Source: the human T2T-CHM13v2.0 reference genome, Homo sapiens. From it: DNA of 64,000 nt. Positions 31,405 to 44,430 of this stretch are shown here, piece by piece. Location: the NCBI RefSeq assembly GCF_009914755.1, contig NC_060931.1, one strand, 5' to 3'. The notes beneath the pieces were generated by a model. That model worked only from the letters and a program-made list of their open reading frames with translations, ran no database searches and was not told the origin of the DNA. The position numbers and the translations under genes are program-made. The stretch's first letter is position 1. Every line of letters starts with the position of its first letter.

Positions 31405-33685
31405 AACTGTGCTCTGGGGAAAAGGAAATAACCAGACCGTTCGTGAACTTCTGGACACTGGCTCTGAACTGACACTGATCCTAGGAGACCTTCCCTGTGG
31501 CTCTCCAGTCAGAGTAGGGGCTTATGGAGGTCAGGTAATCAGTGGAATTTTAGCAGAGGCCCAACTCAGAGCGGGTCCCTGAACCCATCCTGTGGTTGTC
31601 TCCTCTCTTCCAGAAGGCAATTAATGGAATGGAATGGCTAGCAGAATCCCCACACTGATTTCCTGACCTGTGGAGTGAGGGCTATTATGGTGGGAAAGAC
31701 CAAGTGGAAGCTACTAGAACTGCATCTACCTGGGAAAACAGTAAACCAAAACCAATACTGCATTCTTAGAGGGATTTCAGAGATTACTGCCACCGTCGAG
31801 GACTTGAAAGATGCAGGGGTGGGGATTCCCACTACACCCCCATTCGATTCTTATCTGGTCTGTGCAGAAGACAGACAGAGCTTCCAGAATAACAGAAGAT
31901 TATCGTTAAGCTTAACTAGGTGGTGAGTCCAATTACAGCTGCTGTACCAGATGTGGCTTCATTGCCTGAACAAATTAACATGCCACCTATCTGGTATGCA
32001 GCTACTGATCTGGCAAATGCTTTTCTCTCTGTCCCTGTTAGTAAAGACCACTAGAAGCAGTTTGCTTTCAGCTGACAAGGCCAGCAATACGCCTTCACTG
32101 CCCTACGTCAAGGGTATATAAATTCTGTAGCCCTGTATTATAATTTAGTTCACAGAAATCTTGATCACCTTTCCCTTCCATAGGATATTAATATCACACT
32201 GGCCCATTACGTTGACGATATTTTGCTGATTGTAACTAGTGAGTGAGAAGTTAACAACCACTCTAAACTTATTGGTAAGACATTTGTGTGTCAAAAAGTG
32301 GGAAATAAATCTGACAAAAATTTAGGGGCCTTCTATCTCAGTGAAATTTCTAGGGGTCCAGTGTTGTAGGGTATATGGAGATATCCTTTCTAAGGTGAAG
32401 GATAAATTGTTGAATCTGGCGCCTCCTGCATCAAAAAAGAGGCATAACATCTAGCAGGCCTCTCTGGACTTCGAAGACAACACATTTCTCATTTGCGTGT
32501 GTTGCTCCAGCTGGTTTACTGAGCGGCCTGAAAAGCTGCTGGTTTTGAGTACAGCCCAGAAGGAGGGAAGGCTCTGCGGCAACTCCAGGCTCTGTGCAGG
32601 CTGCTCTGCCTCCTGGGCCACATGACCCAGCAGATCCAAGGGTGTCTGAAAGGGCAGAGGCAGAGACGCATGCTGTGTGGAGCCTTTGGCAGGTTCCTCT
32701 CAAGGTGAACTGCAGCACAGGCCCTTAGGATGTTGGGGCAACGCCCTGCCATCCTTGTGGGTAACAACTGCCTTTGAGAAACAGCTCTTGACCCACTATG
32801 GGGCTTTAGTAGGGATTGAATGCTGAAACATGGACCACCAAGTTACCATGGGACCTGAGTTGCCCATCATGAACTGAATGTTTTCCGACCCACCAAGCCA
32901 GAAAGTTGGGTGTGCACAGCAGCATTCCATCATCAAATGGAAGTGGTACATGTCTGGGCCTAAGTAGGCCCTAAAGGCACAAGTTACATAAAGAAGTGCC
33001 GCCAATGCCGACGGTCCCCACTCCCGCTACGCTGCCTTCTCTCTCCCAGCCTGCACCTACAGTCTCCTGGAGAGTTCCCTAAAATCAGCTGACGGAGGAA
33101 GACCTGGGCCTGGTTTACAGATGGTTCTGCATGATATGCAGGCCCCCACGTTAGTGGACAACTGCAGCACTACTGCCCCTTTCTGGAACATCCCTAAAAG
33201 GACAGCGGTGAAGGGAAACTCTCCGATGGGCAGATCTATGGGCTGTACATCTGGTGGTTTGCTTTGCTTGGAAAGAGAAATAGCCAAATGTGTGATTATT
33301 ACATATTAATGGACCATGGCCAATGGTTTGGCCAGATGCTCAGAGTCTTGAAGAAACACAATTGGAAAACTGGAAATAAGAAAATTGGGATGAGGTACAT
33401 GAACAGACCTCTTTGAATGGGAAAAAAATGTGAAAGTATTTGTGTCCCATGTGAATGCTCACCAAAGGGTGACCTCAGCAGAGGAAGATTTTAATAATTA
33501 AGTGGATAGGCTGACTGGCTCTGTGGATACTAGTCAGCCTCCTTCCCCAGCCACCCCTGTCATTGCCCAATGGGCTCAGGAACAAAGTCACCATGATGGT
33601 AGGGACGGAGATCATACATGGACCCAGCACCTTCTACTCACCAAGGCTGGCCTGGCTACAGCCACTGCTAAGGACCCAATCTGCT
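31405..33685 (+). mobile_element. ERV-L internal fragment (protease, RT, RNase H, start of integrase), decayed
   Basis: LLDTGSELTLI protease motif (~31450); YAATDLANAF; HYVDDILL RT catalytic motif at 32205-32228; WFTDGSA RNase H; IAQWAQEQSHHDGRDG integrase N-terminus; many stops and frameshifts. Confidence 0.92.
33173..33186 (-). promoter_or_regulatory. Candidate CTCF motif inside ERV-L
   Basis: Minus strand CCAGAAAGGGGCAG, 12/14 match to CCASYAGRKGGCRS. Confidence 0.4.
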
Positions 33686-34596
33686 AACTGTGACTTTTGT
33701 TTTCCAAATCTCCCCACCAAATATTTATTTATTTAAACACACACGAACATGTTTATACACATACATTTCCCTAACACAGACAAAACAATTAAAAGACAAA
33801 TTTCCATAGCATTGTAATGTCCCATATTGCACAAAATACATGCCTTTGCTTACGAAAACCTTCATAAAATGTATGAACTTTTTAAAACCTAGTAGGAGCA
33901 AAGTATTACAAAACTACAGTCTTTAAAACAATATGGCACTGGCATAGGAATAGACAGACAAACCAGAGGGAAAAAACAGAAAGTAAAACTCAGCATTTAT
34001 TTCCTGCTTACTCTTGGCCACCAGGCAATAGACTAGGTACTTTATACTATACATATATTCCACTTACTACATATAATAATTCTATAAACTAGACCTTGAT
34101 ATGGTCATTTTATAGATAAAAGACTGAGACTCTGAAAGCGTAAACAATTTGCTCAAGGTTGCTAAGGGTTTCAGACAGATTTGAAATTCAAGCCCAGGTC
34201 TATCTGACTCCAAAACCTGCATACCTGAGCCCAGAAACAAACGCTAATATAATATTTAGCTTACTGAAAATGAAGCATAAAAAATCAGTACAGAAAAGAA
34301 TATTCAATTAATGGTATTGGGACAACTAGCTGTCATATCTCAGGGTGGGAAACAATCTTCTAAACACAAAAACAATTAGAGACACCAAGAGAAAAAGAAA
34401 AACCAAATATTATAAAAAATATTCAAATTCTGGAAAAAAGCAATTAATATTAAAAAGCAAAATAACAATCAGAAAAACATGTAAAAAATTGAAATGAAAA
34501 GCTGATGTGTTCAAACAAAGAGATCATAAATTCAATATGAAAAAAGCAACAACCACAAAAAAGGGCAAAGGACATTAATCAAATAAAATATACATG

Positions 34597-34920
<324 letters not shown>

Positions 34921-35576
34921 GATATATGTATTAGATATTTTTCTATATTTTATAAATTAAAATTAAAATGTCCTATCTGACTAAAAATTTTTTAAATTAA
35001 CATTACAATAATGAGAAACTACCTTCTACCCATGAAAATGGAAAAGATTTTAAAGATACTAATATTCACTGTTATTAAGTTTATGGCTAAAAACAAGAGG
35101 CACCTTCATGGTCTATCAAGAGAATATAAACAAGTAATTCTAGAAAACAGTTTAGCAATTAATACTCATTAGCCTAATAATTTTCATTCTAATTTCCATG
35201 TAAAGAAATTGTCAGAAACCCAAATAATAATGAAAATTTAAAAATCCTCTAGATGCTCAACAACAGTTTACTGGTGAAGTGAAATGTTTCACAAAGAGGA
35301 CAGGGTGGGTTTGGTGCCTGAGGAACAACTCAGCTGTTTTCTATTGCAAATCTGAAAAAAATGCAGGTAGCAAGTCACTGGAGGGATAAATGGTTCCACC
35401 CTTTAAAATGACGAAATAGCCTTTGAAAACCACTAGCTTAATATATTGCTAAATACATGGCTCAGGTTACACCACTAAAAATGGTTTTGAAGAACATAAA
35501 AGGTATGGAAAACACAATATAATATTAAAGGTTTTAAAGGTATAAACTGCATATGCTATATATAATACACACATGC

Positions 35577-35860
35577 AGCCGGGCACGGTGGCTCACGCCT
35601 GTAATCCCAGCACTTTGGGAGGCTGAGGCGGGCGGATCACAAGGTCAGGAGATCGAGACCATCCTGGCTAACACGGTGAAACCAGTCTCTACTAAAAATA
35701 CAAAAAAATTAACTGGGTATAGTGGCAGGCACCTGTAGCCCCAGCTACTTAGGAGGCTGAGGCAGGAGAATGGCATGAACCTGGGAGGCGGAGCTTGCAG
35801 TGAGCTAAGATCGCACCACTGCACCCCAGCCTGGGTGACAGAGAGAGACTCCATCTCAAA

Positions 35861-35892
<32 letters not shown>
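35577..35892 (+). mobile_element. AluY with (CAA)n tail
   Basis: Diagnostic GATCGAGACCATCCTGGCTAACACGG and GGAGCTTGCAG. Confidence 0.93.
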
Positions 35893-35894
<2 letters not shown>

Positions 35895-36349
35895 ATATAT
35901 ATACACACGCGCGCGCGCTGAAAAACTGTGGAGTTTTCCTTGTTTCTACATTTTAGTATTTTCTATATTCTGTATAGTGAGCACACACTACTTTATGAGC
36001 AGAAAAAAATAAGGGAGCGGTTCGTGTTGCTGTTGTTCTTAATACACAGGGCCACAGTCTCAGCAGAAGCTTACGGGATTGCTAAGGTAGCATCACCTAC
36101 AAAAATTATCTTCTATACTTTCTCAAACAACAAGAGACAGGAAATAAGACAAATAAGTATATTTATCTTACATATAAAACTAGTAATCTCTTAAATTTAA
36201 ACTTGCTTTTTCTTCCACTGGATTACAGCACCATGAACATAATAGCAATGAAAAAAGAATATACATTATTAGTCTAATGCACCACAGCCTTCTACAGCAA
36301 CTCAAGTAATCACGTGTCACACATAAAAAGTGACATCTTGGCAACATGT

Positions 36350-36628
36350 CTAGTCCCGGCACTTTGGGAGGCCAAGGTGGGAGATCACTTGAACCCAAGA
36401 GTTCAAAACCAGCCTGGGAAACATGGCAAAACCCTGTCTCTACAAAAAAAACACCAAAAATTAGCTTGGCGTGGTGTCACACACCTGCAGTTCCAGCTAC
36501 CTGGGAGGCTGAGGTGGGAGGATCACCTGAGCCCAGGAGGTGGAGCCTGCAGACAGCCATGATCGTGTCACTGCACTCTAGGCTAGGCGACAGAGCGAGA
36601 CCCTGTCTCAATAAAAAAAAAAAAAAAA
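36350..36628 (+). mobile_element. AluJ, 5' truncated
   Basis: Dimer missing its first ~25 nt. Confidence 0.9.
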
Positions 36629-36658
36629 GTGATGTTTTCCAAGTGGAAAATGCCTACT

Positions 36659-36792
36659 ATAAAAACGAAAGCACACTTAACTGTAACGCTACCACACAGG
36701 CAAGAAATTCTATTTCTTTCCTTGGATAAAAACGAAAGCATACTTAGCTGTAACGCTACCACACAAGCAAGTTATTCCATTTCTTTCCCTGG
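36659..36792. repeat. 67-bp tandem duplication
   Basis: ATAAAAACGAAAGCA...TTTCTTTCC(T/C)TGG occurs twice, with about 7 mismatches. Confidence 0.92.
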
Positions 36793-37224
36793 ATTTGAGA
36801 TCCTAACACGTCCTTATGTTAACTCAGAAATTCCAAATTCACTGACCTATAATACAAATTTAATGGAAACAAGCTATCTCTGATATATATTTTTTAAGTC
36901 AAATGGCAACTTAGCTTAAATATTGTCAAAGGAGGACATTTTACCATTAACTCATAAGGTTCTTACTAAGAAAAAAAATTTTCAAAAAACTTTTACCTTA
37001 AAATGAGATGAAGAAATTGAAATACATAACAAATTAAAATAACTATTAACACTGATAACACCAACTAACAACATTAACAAAATAATAATTAGTAATATAG
37101 TTACTAGTAACACAAATCAACACTAATAAAATGAGAGACGGGTATGGGTATGATGAGCAAGAAAGATATCCAAATTCCTAAGAGCTATAATTCTAAAACA
37201 TAATTACAAAATCTTAACAAAGAA

Positions 37225-37350
37225 TAAATGCTTGAGGTGATAGACACCCTGTTTACCCTGATGTGAGTCTTTTGCATTGCATGCCTTTAATATATACACC
37301 AACTATGTACTCACAAAAATTAAAATTAAAACATTAAAAAATAAAAATAA
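37225..37350 (+). mobile_element. L1MA 3' end fragment
   Basis: TAAATGCTTGAGGTGAT...ACTATGTACTCACAAAAATTAAAA. Confidence 0.75.
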
Positions 37351-37759
37351 ATTAGAACTCAAAAAAGAATTATGCCAGCATGTTCTATGAGAGACAAGAG
37401 TTCAGTTTACATACACTAAATTGATTTGTAAAAACAGTAAGATTCTTCAGAAAGAAAACACCTCACAGCCTAAATAACTATCATAATAGCTACCACCTAT
37501 TAAGTGCCTACTAAAAGACAATTACTTTACATACATCATTCCTATTGCAAAAACAAGCTGGGTTTTATTTATCATCCCAACTAAGACAACAGGAAGCCGC
37601 GGTGAGAGGACAGTGGCTTTCCCAAAGACTACAAAGCAATACACCATGATATCTATTTGTACTTGACATAGAGTGTTTTTCCCCTTCTATATTTTGAAAT
37701 GACTAAAGAAACTACTAGCAAATAAATAAAATAGAAACTATAGCTGCTGTTTTTTAGTT

Positions 37760-38054
<295 letters not shown>

Positions 38055-38372
38055 TAGTTCTTAAATGGAGGTTGAGTTCTTCTGACATAGTCAGATAAAC
38101 CAAAATACTCTAGCTAAATACTGAAATGAAAATGTATTTATCAAAATCATAAGTATAAACACTGCTTCTTAACTAAGAGAAAAGTCTTTCACAACTAATT
38201 AAACATAGAAATGATAAGTAAAATCTGGTTTTCTGACATTATTAAAGACCCAAATCGTTTACTGGAGGAAGTCACAAATTATGAAGAAAACTGAGAAAAG
38301 AAAAATCTAAAAATATGGTGCAGTAAAAAATTAAAATATTAATTGTGATTATATTAAGCAATATATACTAAC

Positions 38373-38512
38373 CATGAATCAGGGAGCCATTTAGCCACTG
38401 AATATAGTAGTTCTGAGGAAAAGAAAGCAGGATTTCATTGCTGATGATTGAGAAGGGTAAAAGCAAAACAGCCCCAGCTGACACTGCGAGAGTGAACGTG
38501 CTCAAAAACAAC
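38373..38512 (-). CDS. LMBR1: LMBR1 coding exon 4 (140 nt)
   Basis: TCTTCCAG/GTTGTTTTTG...ATTCATG/GTTAGT; encodes LFLSTFTLAVSAGAVLLLPFSIISNEILLSFPQNYYIQWLNGSLIH(G). Confidence 0.97.
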
Positions 38513-39543
38513 CTGGAAGAAAGGAGAGTCACCATCACAAGTGATCTGAAAAAGCAATGAACACGAAAGTCATCAAAAAGAATGCAAACTCTTTAATGTT
38601 TTAATCAAAAAAGCATTATATTAAGAACTTTATTAAATATATGTAGTTGGGAGACAAATGATATACATATGGGCCTAGAAGTTAAACTAGATAAACTCTA
38701 AAACTCCTTACTCTATGAAAAGGTCAGTAAGTCTAACAAATAGTACCTAAAAGATAAAGACATACTGAAGACACAGTACTTCACATATTTTACAAAGAAA
38801 AAATTGTAGTTCATTCCTCTTTTAAATGTAAGTATTTATTTCACAATTGCATTTAATTAACAACTTTGACAACATATGCTAACAGCAATGCAACAACTGA
38901 GGTGAAAAAATTACTATGAAAGCAGTATAAAAAAACAAATTAATTTAAAATGTTTATTTCAGAGGAAAAAAAACTTAGAAAGCCATTGGCCTGACATCTT
39001 TTTAATGGGTAAAGATTAAATAAATTATAGTAATAAAAAACAGAAAACTATTAAACAGTATTGTACTATTAATATTTAAAACACTACTTTGTCATAAAAA
39101 AGATAGCTTTAATAGGTACTAATATGGAAGAATATCTAAAATAAGTCAACAAAATAATGAAGAAAAGCATGGACAATAAATGTAAAACATGCTCTCCCCC
39201 CACCAAATGCATATTTATACAGAGGTACAAAAAAATCCAGCATAACATGTAACAATCCCATAGGAAAGAGGGATTATAAGGTGCTTTCACCTTCTCAGTT
39301 ACACATTTCTGAAACATTTTTATTTTCTACAAGAAACACCTAACTTTTTAAAAGATTTTAAAAGGATAAATTGGCAAAGGAAAAAAGAACTTCACTAATA
39401 TTAGAAATAGAATGGATATTAAAGTTCTATTAAAGTTAATATTGGAAGAAAGTAAAAATAAATATAAGAAAATATTTTTTAAAAGCAGGAAAAAAAAATA
39501 CTAAATACCCAAAAACACATCTAACAGAGAAACTTTGAGGCCA

Positions 39544-39557
39544 ATGCCATCTTGTGG
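39544..39557 (-). promoter_or_regulatory. CTCF motif
   Basis: Minus strand (TTG)CCACAAGATGGCAT, 12/14 match, standing out in AT-rich unique sequence. Confidence 0.7.
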
Positions 39558-40562
39558 CAACCAACAGAAGTGTATTCCTACTTCAAAAGCCAAAAATAAC
39601 CAGGAAACCTCCTTGGTTTAGTAAATCAATTATAAATTTTAAAATACAGACCATATGATACTTACGAAAAATACAACTGAAATCAGATACAGAATTTCTG
39701 TGAATTCATTTTGCTCAATAGACACCGCATTTCCTGGGAAAAGCCCTCAGACAAGTGCTGTCTCAGGTCCGCAGCCAGCTCTGGCAGCGACCAGCCAGCA
39801 AGCGGTCTCCAGCAAGCTTCTCCAGTCATGGGAGGAAGCTATCCTGATTGCTATCATTCCTTCCTATGCTAAAATTGAGATCAAATCCAAAATCTCACCA
39901 TTCCAGGTCCCACACGGCTATCCCAAGATAATTTTCCAGGCTCTTCTCTCACTATGACCCATTTCGACATACACTTAGACTTACCTAACCCCCTCATAGC
40001 CCAAACATGAAATGGATTTTCAGGGTTCCTTCTTGCCCCTCTGCACAGTCTACTCACTCCCTAGAATACCCTCTAAGTTGCATGGCAAACTCATACATGA
40101 ATTTCAAGACAGACCCTAAACATCATTTGCCCTGTGAAGCATTCCTCAACTTCACCTTCTGAAATGGAGCATTATTTTTAAAAATTACATCTTCAGAGTA
40201 ATGCACCTTTTCTAATTGTGGTAGTAAGACAAGTGTTTCCCCAAATATCTGACATTTGTGACTAGGTCCTCAATCCAACCAGGAAGACAGAACCTTTGTC
40301 TAAATAAAATAAGGTGATGAGGGCATACACTCAGATGCTGAATATAACTAGTCACTGAATATAACTAGTGTAAAAAAAAGCCATATCTACAGATCATATT
40401 GTAAAGTGTCTTTGCAAGGTGATGATAATTAAAACAATAAAACCACCTTAAATCACTTTAACACTCCACAAAGCTTTCACATACTTTCAGTTAGCAAACA
40501 AGGACCAGGATCCTTGATTTATGAGTCTCTCATCTCCTGTTCTTAACCCCCATCATCAGTGA

Positions 40563-41047
40563 TGTGGGATATGATGAGGTTTCTCTTCGAATAATCTGAT
40601 CAATCTTTTACTCTTTAATTCATGGTGCCCCGCCCAAATTTTCCCTTTTCCTCCTTTTTCCTTTTTGCCTTTGTTAGATGCCCAGGCACACCACAGTACC
40701 AGGCGTTATCAGTACCAGCTCACATTCCTTATTTGGAAAGAGAACTTTCTAGCTCATTAGACGCCCCTTTCCCTTTCCTCTCCGCTTTTACGTGCCTACC
40801 TTATCTAAAAAAATCAAACGTTTAGCCAACTGGGATTAGATTGTACAATCCGACCCCAGCCAACGGGGAAAGCATACAGGGGCAGGACTTGCGTCAGGAA
40901 TAAAGGCTCTCGTGCCCCTTTATTCAGGTGTGCTCTCATGGCGACTGGCCAAGGAGACACCCCTCTGCGCAGAAGTAAAATTGCTTTACTAAGAATTCTT
41001 TGTTTGAGCGTTCAATTTCCTTAGGATTTTCAGTGTTATTCCTAACA
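40563..41047 (+). mobile_element. ERV1-type solo LTR (LTR10-family-like, subfamily uncertain)
   Basis: TG...CA ends, 4-bp TSD GTGA, AATAAA near 40899. Confidence 0.8.
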
Positions 41048-41048
41048 G

Positions 41049-41415
41049 TGATATGGTTTGGATATCTGTCCCCTCCAAATATCATGCTGAAATGTGATCC
41101 CCCAGTGTTGGAGGTGGGGCCTCATGGGAGGTACTGGATCGTAGGAGCAGACAGACCCTACAGTAATGAGTGAGTTCTCATTCTGTTAGTTCACAAGAGA
41201 GCTGGTTGTTTAAAGGAACCTGGCACCTTCTCTTCAATCCTGATCTCCCTTCACCTTGCACCATGAGTAAACGCTTCCTGCGGCCTCACCAGAAGCCAAG
41301 CAGATGGCAGTGTCATGCTTGTACATCCTGCAGAACTGCGAGCCAAATAAATCTTTCTTTATCAACTACCCAGTTTCAAGTGCTCCTTTATAGCAACACA
41401 TAACAGACTAACACT
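41049..41415 (+). mobile_element. MaLR solo LTR (MSTB-like)
   Basis: TGATATGGTTTGG...GACTAACACT; 5-bp TSD ATCAG. Confidence 0.88.
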
Positions 41416-42589
41416 ATCAGGCTCTTCCTAAGCTTTCTACCATGGCCCTGCTGCTCCTCATTCCCAGCAAATGACTGACTCTCCCGTTTCAGAATGAAAA
41501 AAGGGGTATGATCCCTCCATACTTACCACCTGATAAAGCTATCAACAGACACAATTATTCTCCTATCTGTCAACCTCCTGCTCATCTGTGCCGATCTCTA
41601 CCTCTGCCGTCTCCAGGGGCCTTGCTTCACCGGTTAGTCATCCTCCCTCTAGCTGCTGACCGGCCAAAAATAAATATCCTCAGGTGCTTCTGCTCTTTCA
41701 AAATGCTTCTGAAGCAGAACTCACATATCACACCTTTACTTCTTTATCCTCAACTTCTTCATTAACCCACTACAGTAGGACTTCTGCTCCTCACCTAGAG
41801 TGAAACAGGTGCTCCTTACGGTCAAATCCATCAGATCCTTTTTAATTGCAATCTGAATGTGACCTTCTATGACATTTCAAATTGATAAGCACTACTTCCT
41901 TCTTGAAACTCTTTCCCCAACTTCTACAATACTCCCTCTTCCTCATTTTTCAATCTCAGACTCAATGTGACACTCAATTTTTTTAAACAAAAAATAAATG
42001 CTTTTTATTTATTTGTAGTTATCAATAAAATGAAAGACCTCACCTTTTTAAAACTCCACTGCAAAATACAGATTACTATAAAAATATATTTCATGGGTTA
42101 GTATTTCAATTTTTTTAAATTAAAAAAACTAATCATAAGCAAAACCTGCCACTTTACATCTTAAAGTTTAACAGGTTGATAATATCTAATCAAGAAGTAC
42201 ATATGGAAACAAGACTTTATCATAGTTGAATTTAAATCATTCAAAATTATTCAGTAAGATGTATATAGTGTTGATGACAAAGAAAGTTTCATATTTAGCA
42301 TTTTGCTCACACCCTCCCAAATATCATCAAAAGGTCTGATTCTCTGTGCAACAGAAAAGTAACAAATTGAGTGACATTTTACATTCATCTGTGAAATGTT
42401 GGCATACCAGCATTCCATCTTAAGTCTTCATCTCAGCTAATCAATAAACATTTGCTGCATGAATTAGGCTTCCTAATACGTCACTCTAAACTAGTGATTC
42501 TTAAGCGGTAACACTGTCAGGATCACCTATGGAGCTTTTGTTAAAGCCCATCTCGGAGATTCTACCTCAGTGGGTCTTTCAGGTGGGGC

Positions 42590-43000
42590 TCCCTCACTAT
42601 ACAAGTATTTGCAGAGTGCCTGCTCCCGTGCCAGGACTGTGCTAGGCACTTGAGAACAGTGAACGAACACAAGCGAACATTCTTGCCCAAGGAGGGCTTA
42701 TCCTGGACTGCAGAGAGTCAGGCAATAAACAATAAAACATTAAATATGTAAATGTATAATAAACTAAAGATGATAAGTGTTACAGGAAAACACGGTAAGG
42801 AAGACTGGAAATGGGGAGGAGGACACACAGGTTTCAATATTAAGTGTGGCACTTAGGGAAGGCCTCACTGAAAAGTTGAGACTTAGGGAAAAACACAAAG
42901 CAAAACAAAACTAAATAAGGTGAGAGTTAATTCAGTGGGATATCTGACAGAAAAGAATTCTAAGCAGACAAAACAGGTCAAAAGCGCTAAGGTGGAGGAA
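42590..43000 (-). mobile_element. L2 fragment
   Basis: GTGCCAGGACTGTGCTAGGCACT...GGAAGGCCTCACTGA, L2 antisense. Confidence 0.65.
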
Positions 43001-44079
43001 ACATTAATTTCACCCCTAATTGTATCAAGCACCCTACCCTAGATTTTTTTTTTTTTTTTTTTTTTTGGCAAATGCTATTTAATCCACACAACAGTACTGC
43101 AAAGTAGGTGAGAACTCTGTTTTACATACACAGAAAGTGAATATTTGTTTCTCCATCTCTTCTGGACTCAAGTTAATCATGGGTCCAGAATTTGAACCCA
43201 GATCACCCTAACTCATCAGTTCTCACTCATTCTACCACAGCAAAAGACAAAGAGATCAATAAGGGCAGGGAAGAAAGATGAGGGAGACTAGTCAGACTCC
43301 TCCTCAGGTGACCCTCTTCCCCATGCCCCTCCCTTAACTGTATCACCACTTTATACGAACCCACTGACCTTCAGGAAGAGGATTTCTGTATGCATCCCCA
43401 GGATACAGAAACCACCCGTGACTCGGAAAACCCAAACCCCTCGCACGTGCTGTGCCAGCTGCCCCAAAAGCAGGTAAGATGCTCCTGGGCATCTACCATA
43501 AGGAAACAGCACATCACCCTATTGTCATTCAATGTACTTTTAGGGGTAAAAGACAAAGTGATGTGTTCTTTTCTGTTTATAAATTACGGATCTACGAGTA
43601 CACTGAAGTCGATTTACCACCACAGGTGGCACACAGACTGAATGGAGAGGAGAAAGGTATGTATCTCACTTGCCCTTCACACCTAGAGGGTTTCACATGG
43701 AGAGAATATCTACCTTTTATTCAGTCTCTTATTCGTTGTAGCTTTTGTGAGGTGAGTGAAGTGAATTTTTAAAGGAGCTCTAATTTATACAGAGGAAAAA
43801 AATGATTCACTTAATTTTCACAAATGTCACAGGGCTAAGAATAAAACTAAAACCCGTAATTCTGTAAATTTAAAACATCAAGTTTTGGGCCTAGGTTTTA
43901 AAGTGAGAGTAAGAATTTCCAGCATAAAGTTACAGCTATTTTTGTTTCTTATCTAGCTTCCCTATGTCATTTAAAATAAATTACCAAATCTAGTAAATCA
44001 CAATCCATTTATATTCATTTTTCAGTTATGAATCAAATCAGGCAGAGTCAAGTCATTTATTAGCTGGGAGTTATTAATT

Positions 44080-44430
44080 TCTTTATTGAGGTGAAATTCA
44101 CATTACATAAAATTTACCATTTTAAGGTGAACAATTCAGGGGTGTGTAGTTCATTCACAATGTTGCACAATCACCTCTTTCTTTCATGTTCATTGCCCCA
44201 AAATAAAATGCCAAACCCATGAAGCAGCTGCTCCCCATTCTCCTCTCCCTCAGCTCCTTGCAATCATCAATCTGCTTTTATCTATTCTGGACATTTCTTA
44301 TAGATGGAATTGCACACTATGTGGCCTTTTGTGTCTGGCTTCGCTCACTTACTATGGTCCATCCACAATGCAGCATGTATCAGTACTTCATTTCTTTTAC
44401 AGCTGAATACTATTCCATTGTATGTAGAAG
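44080..44430 (-). mobile_element. L1M 3' fragment
   Basis: TTTATTGAGGTGAAATTCACA...GCTGAATACTATTCCATTGTATG. Confidence 0.75.

Noticed and set aside
31388-33687. ERV ORFs as functional or domesticated pol
   Set aside because: Multiple stops and frameshifts; only short fragments remain open.
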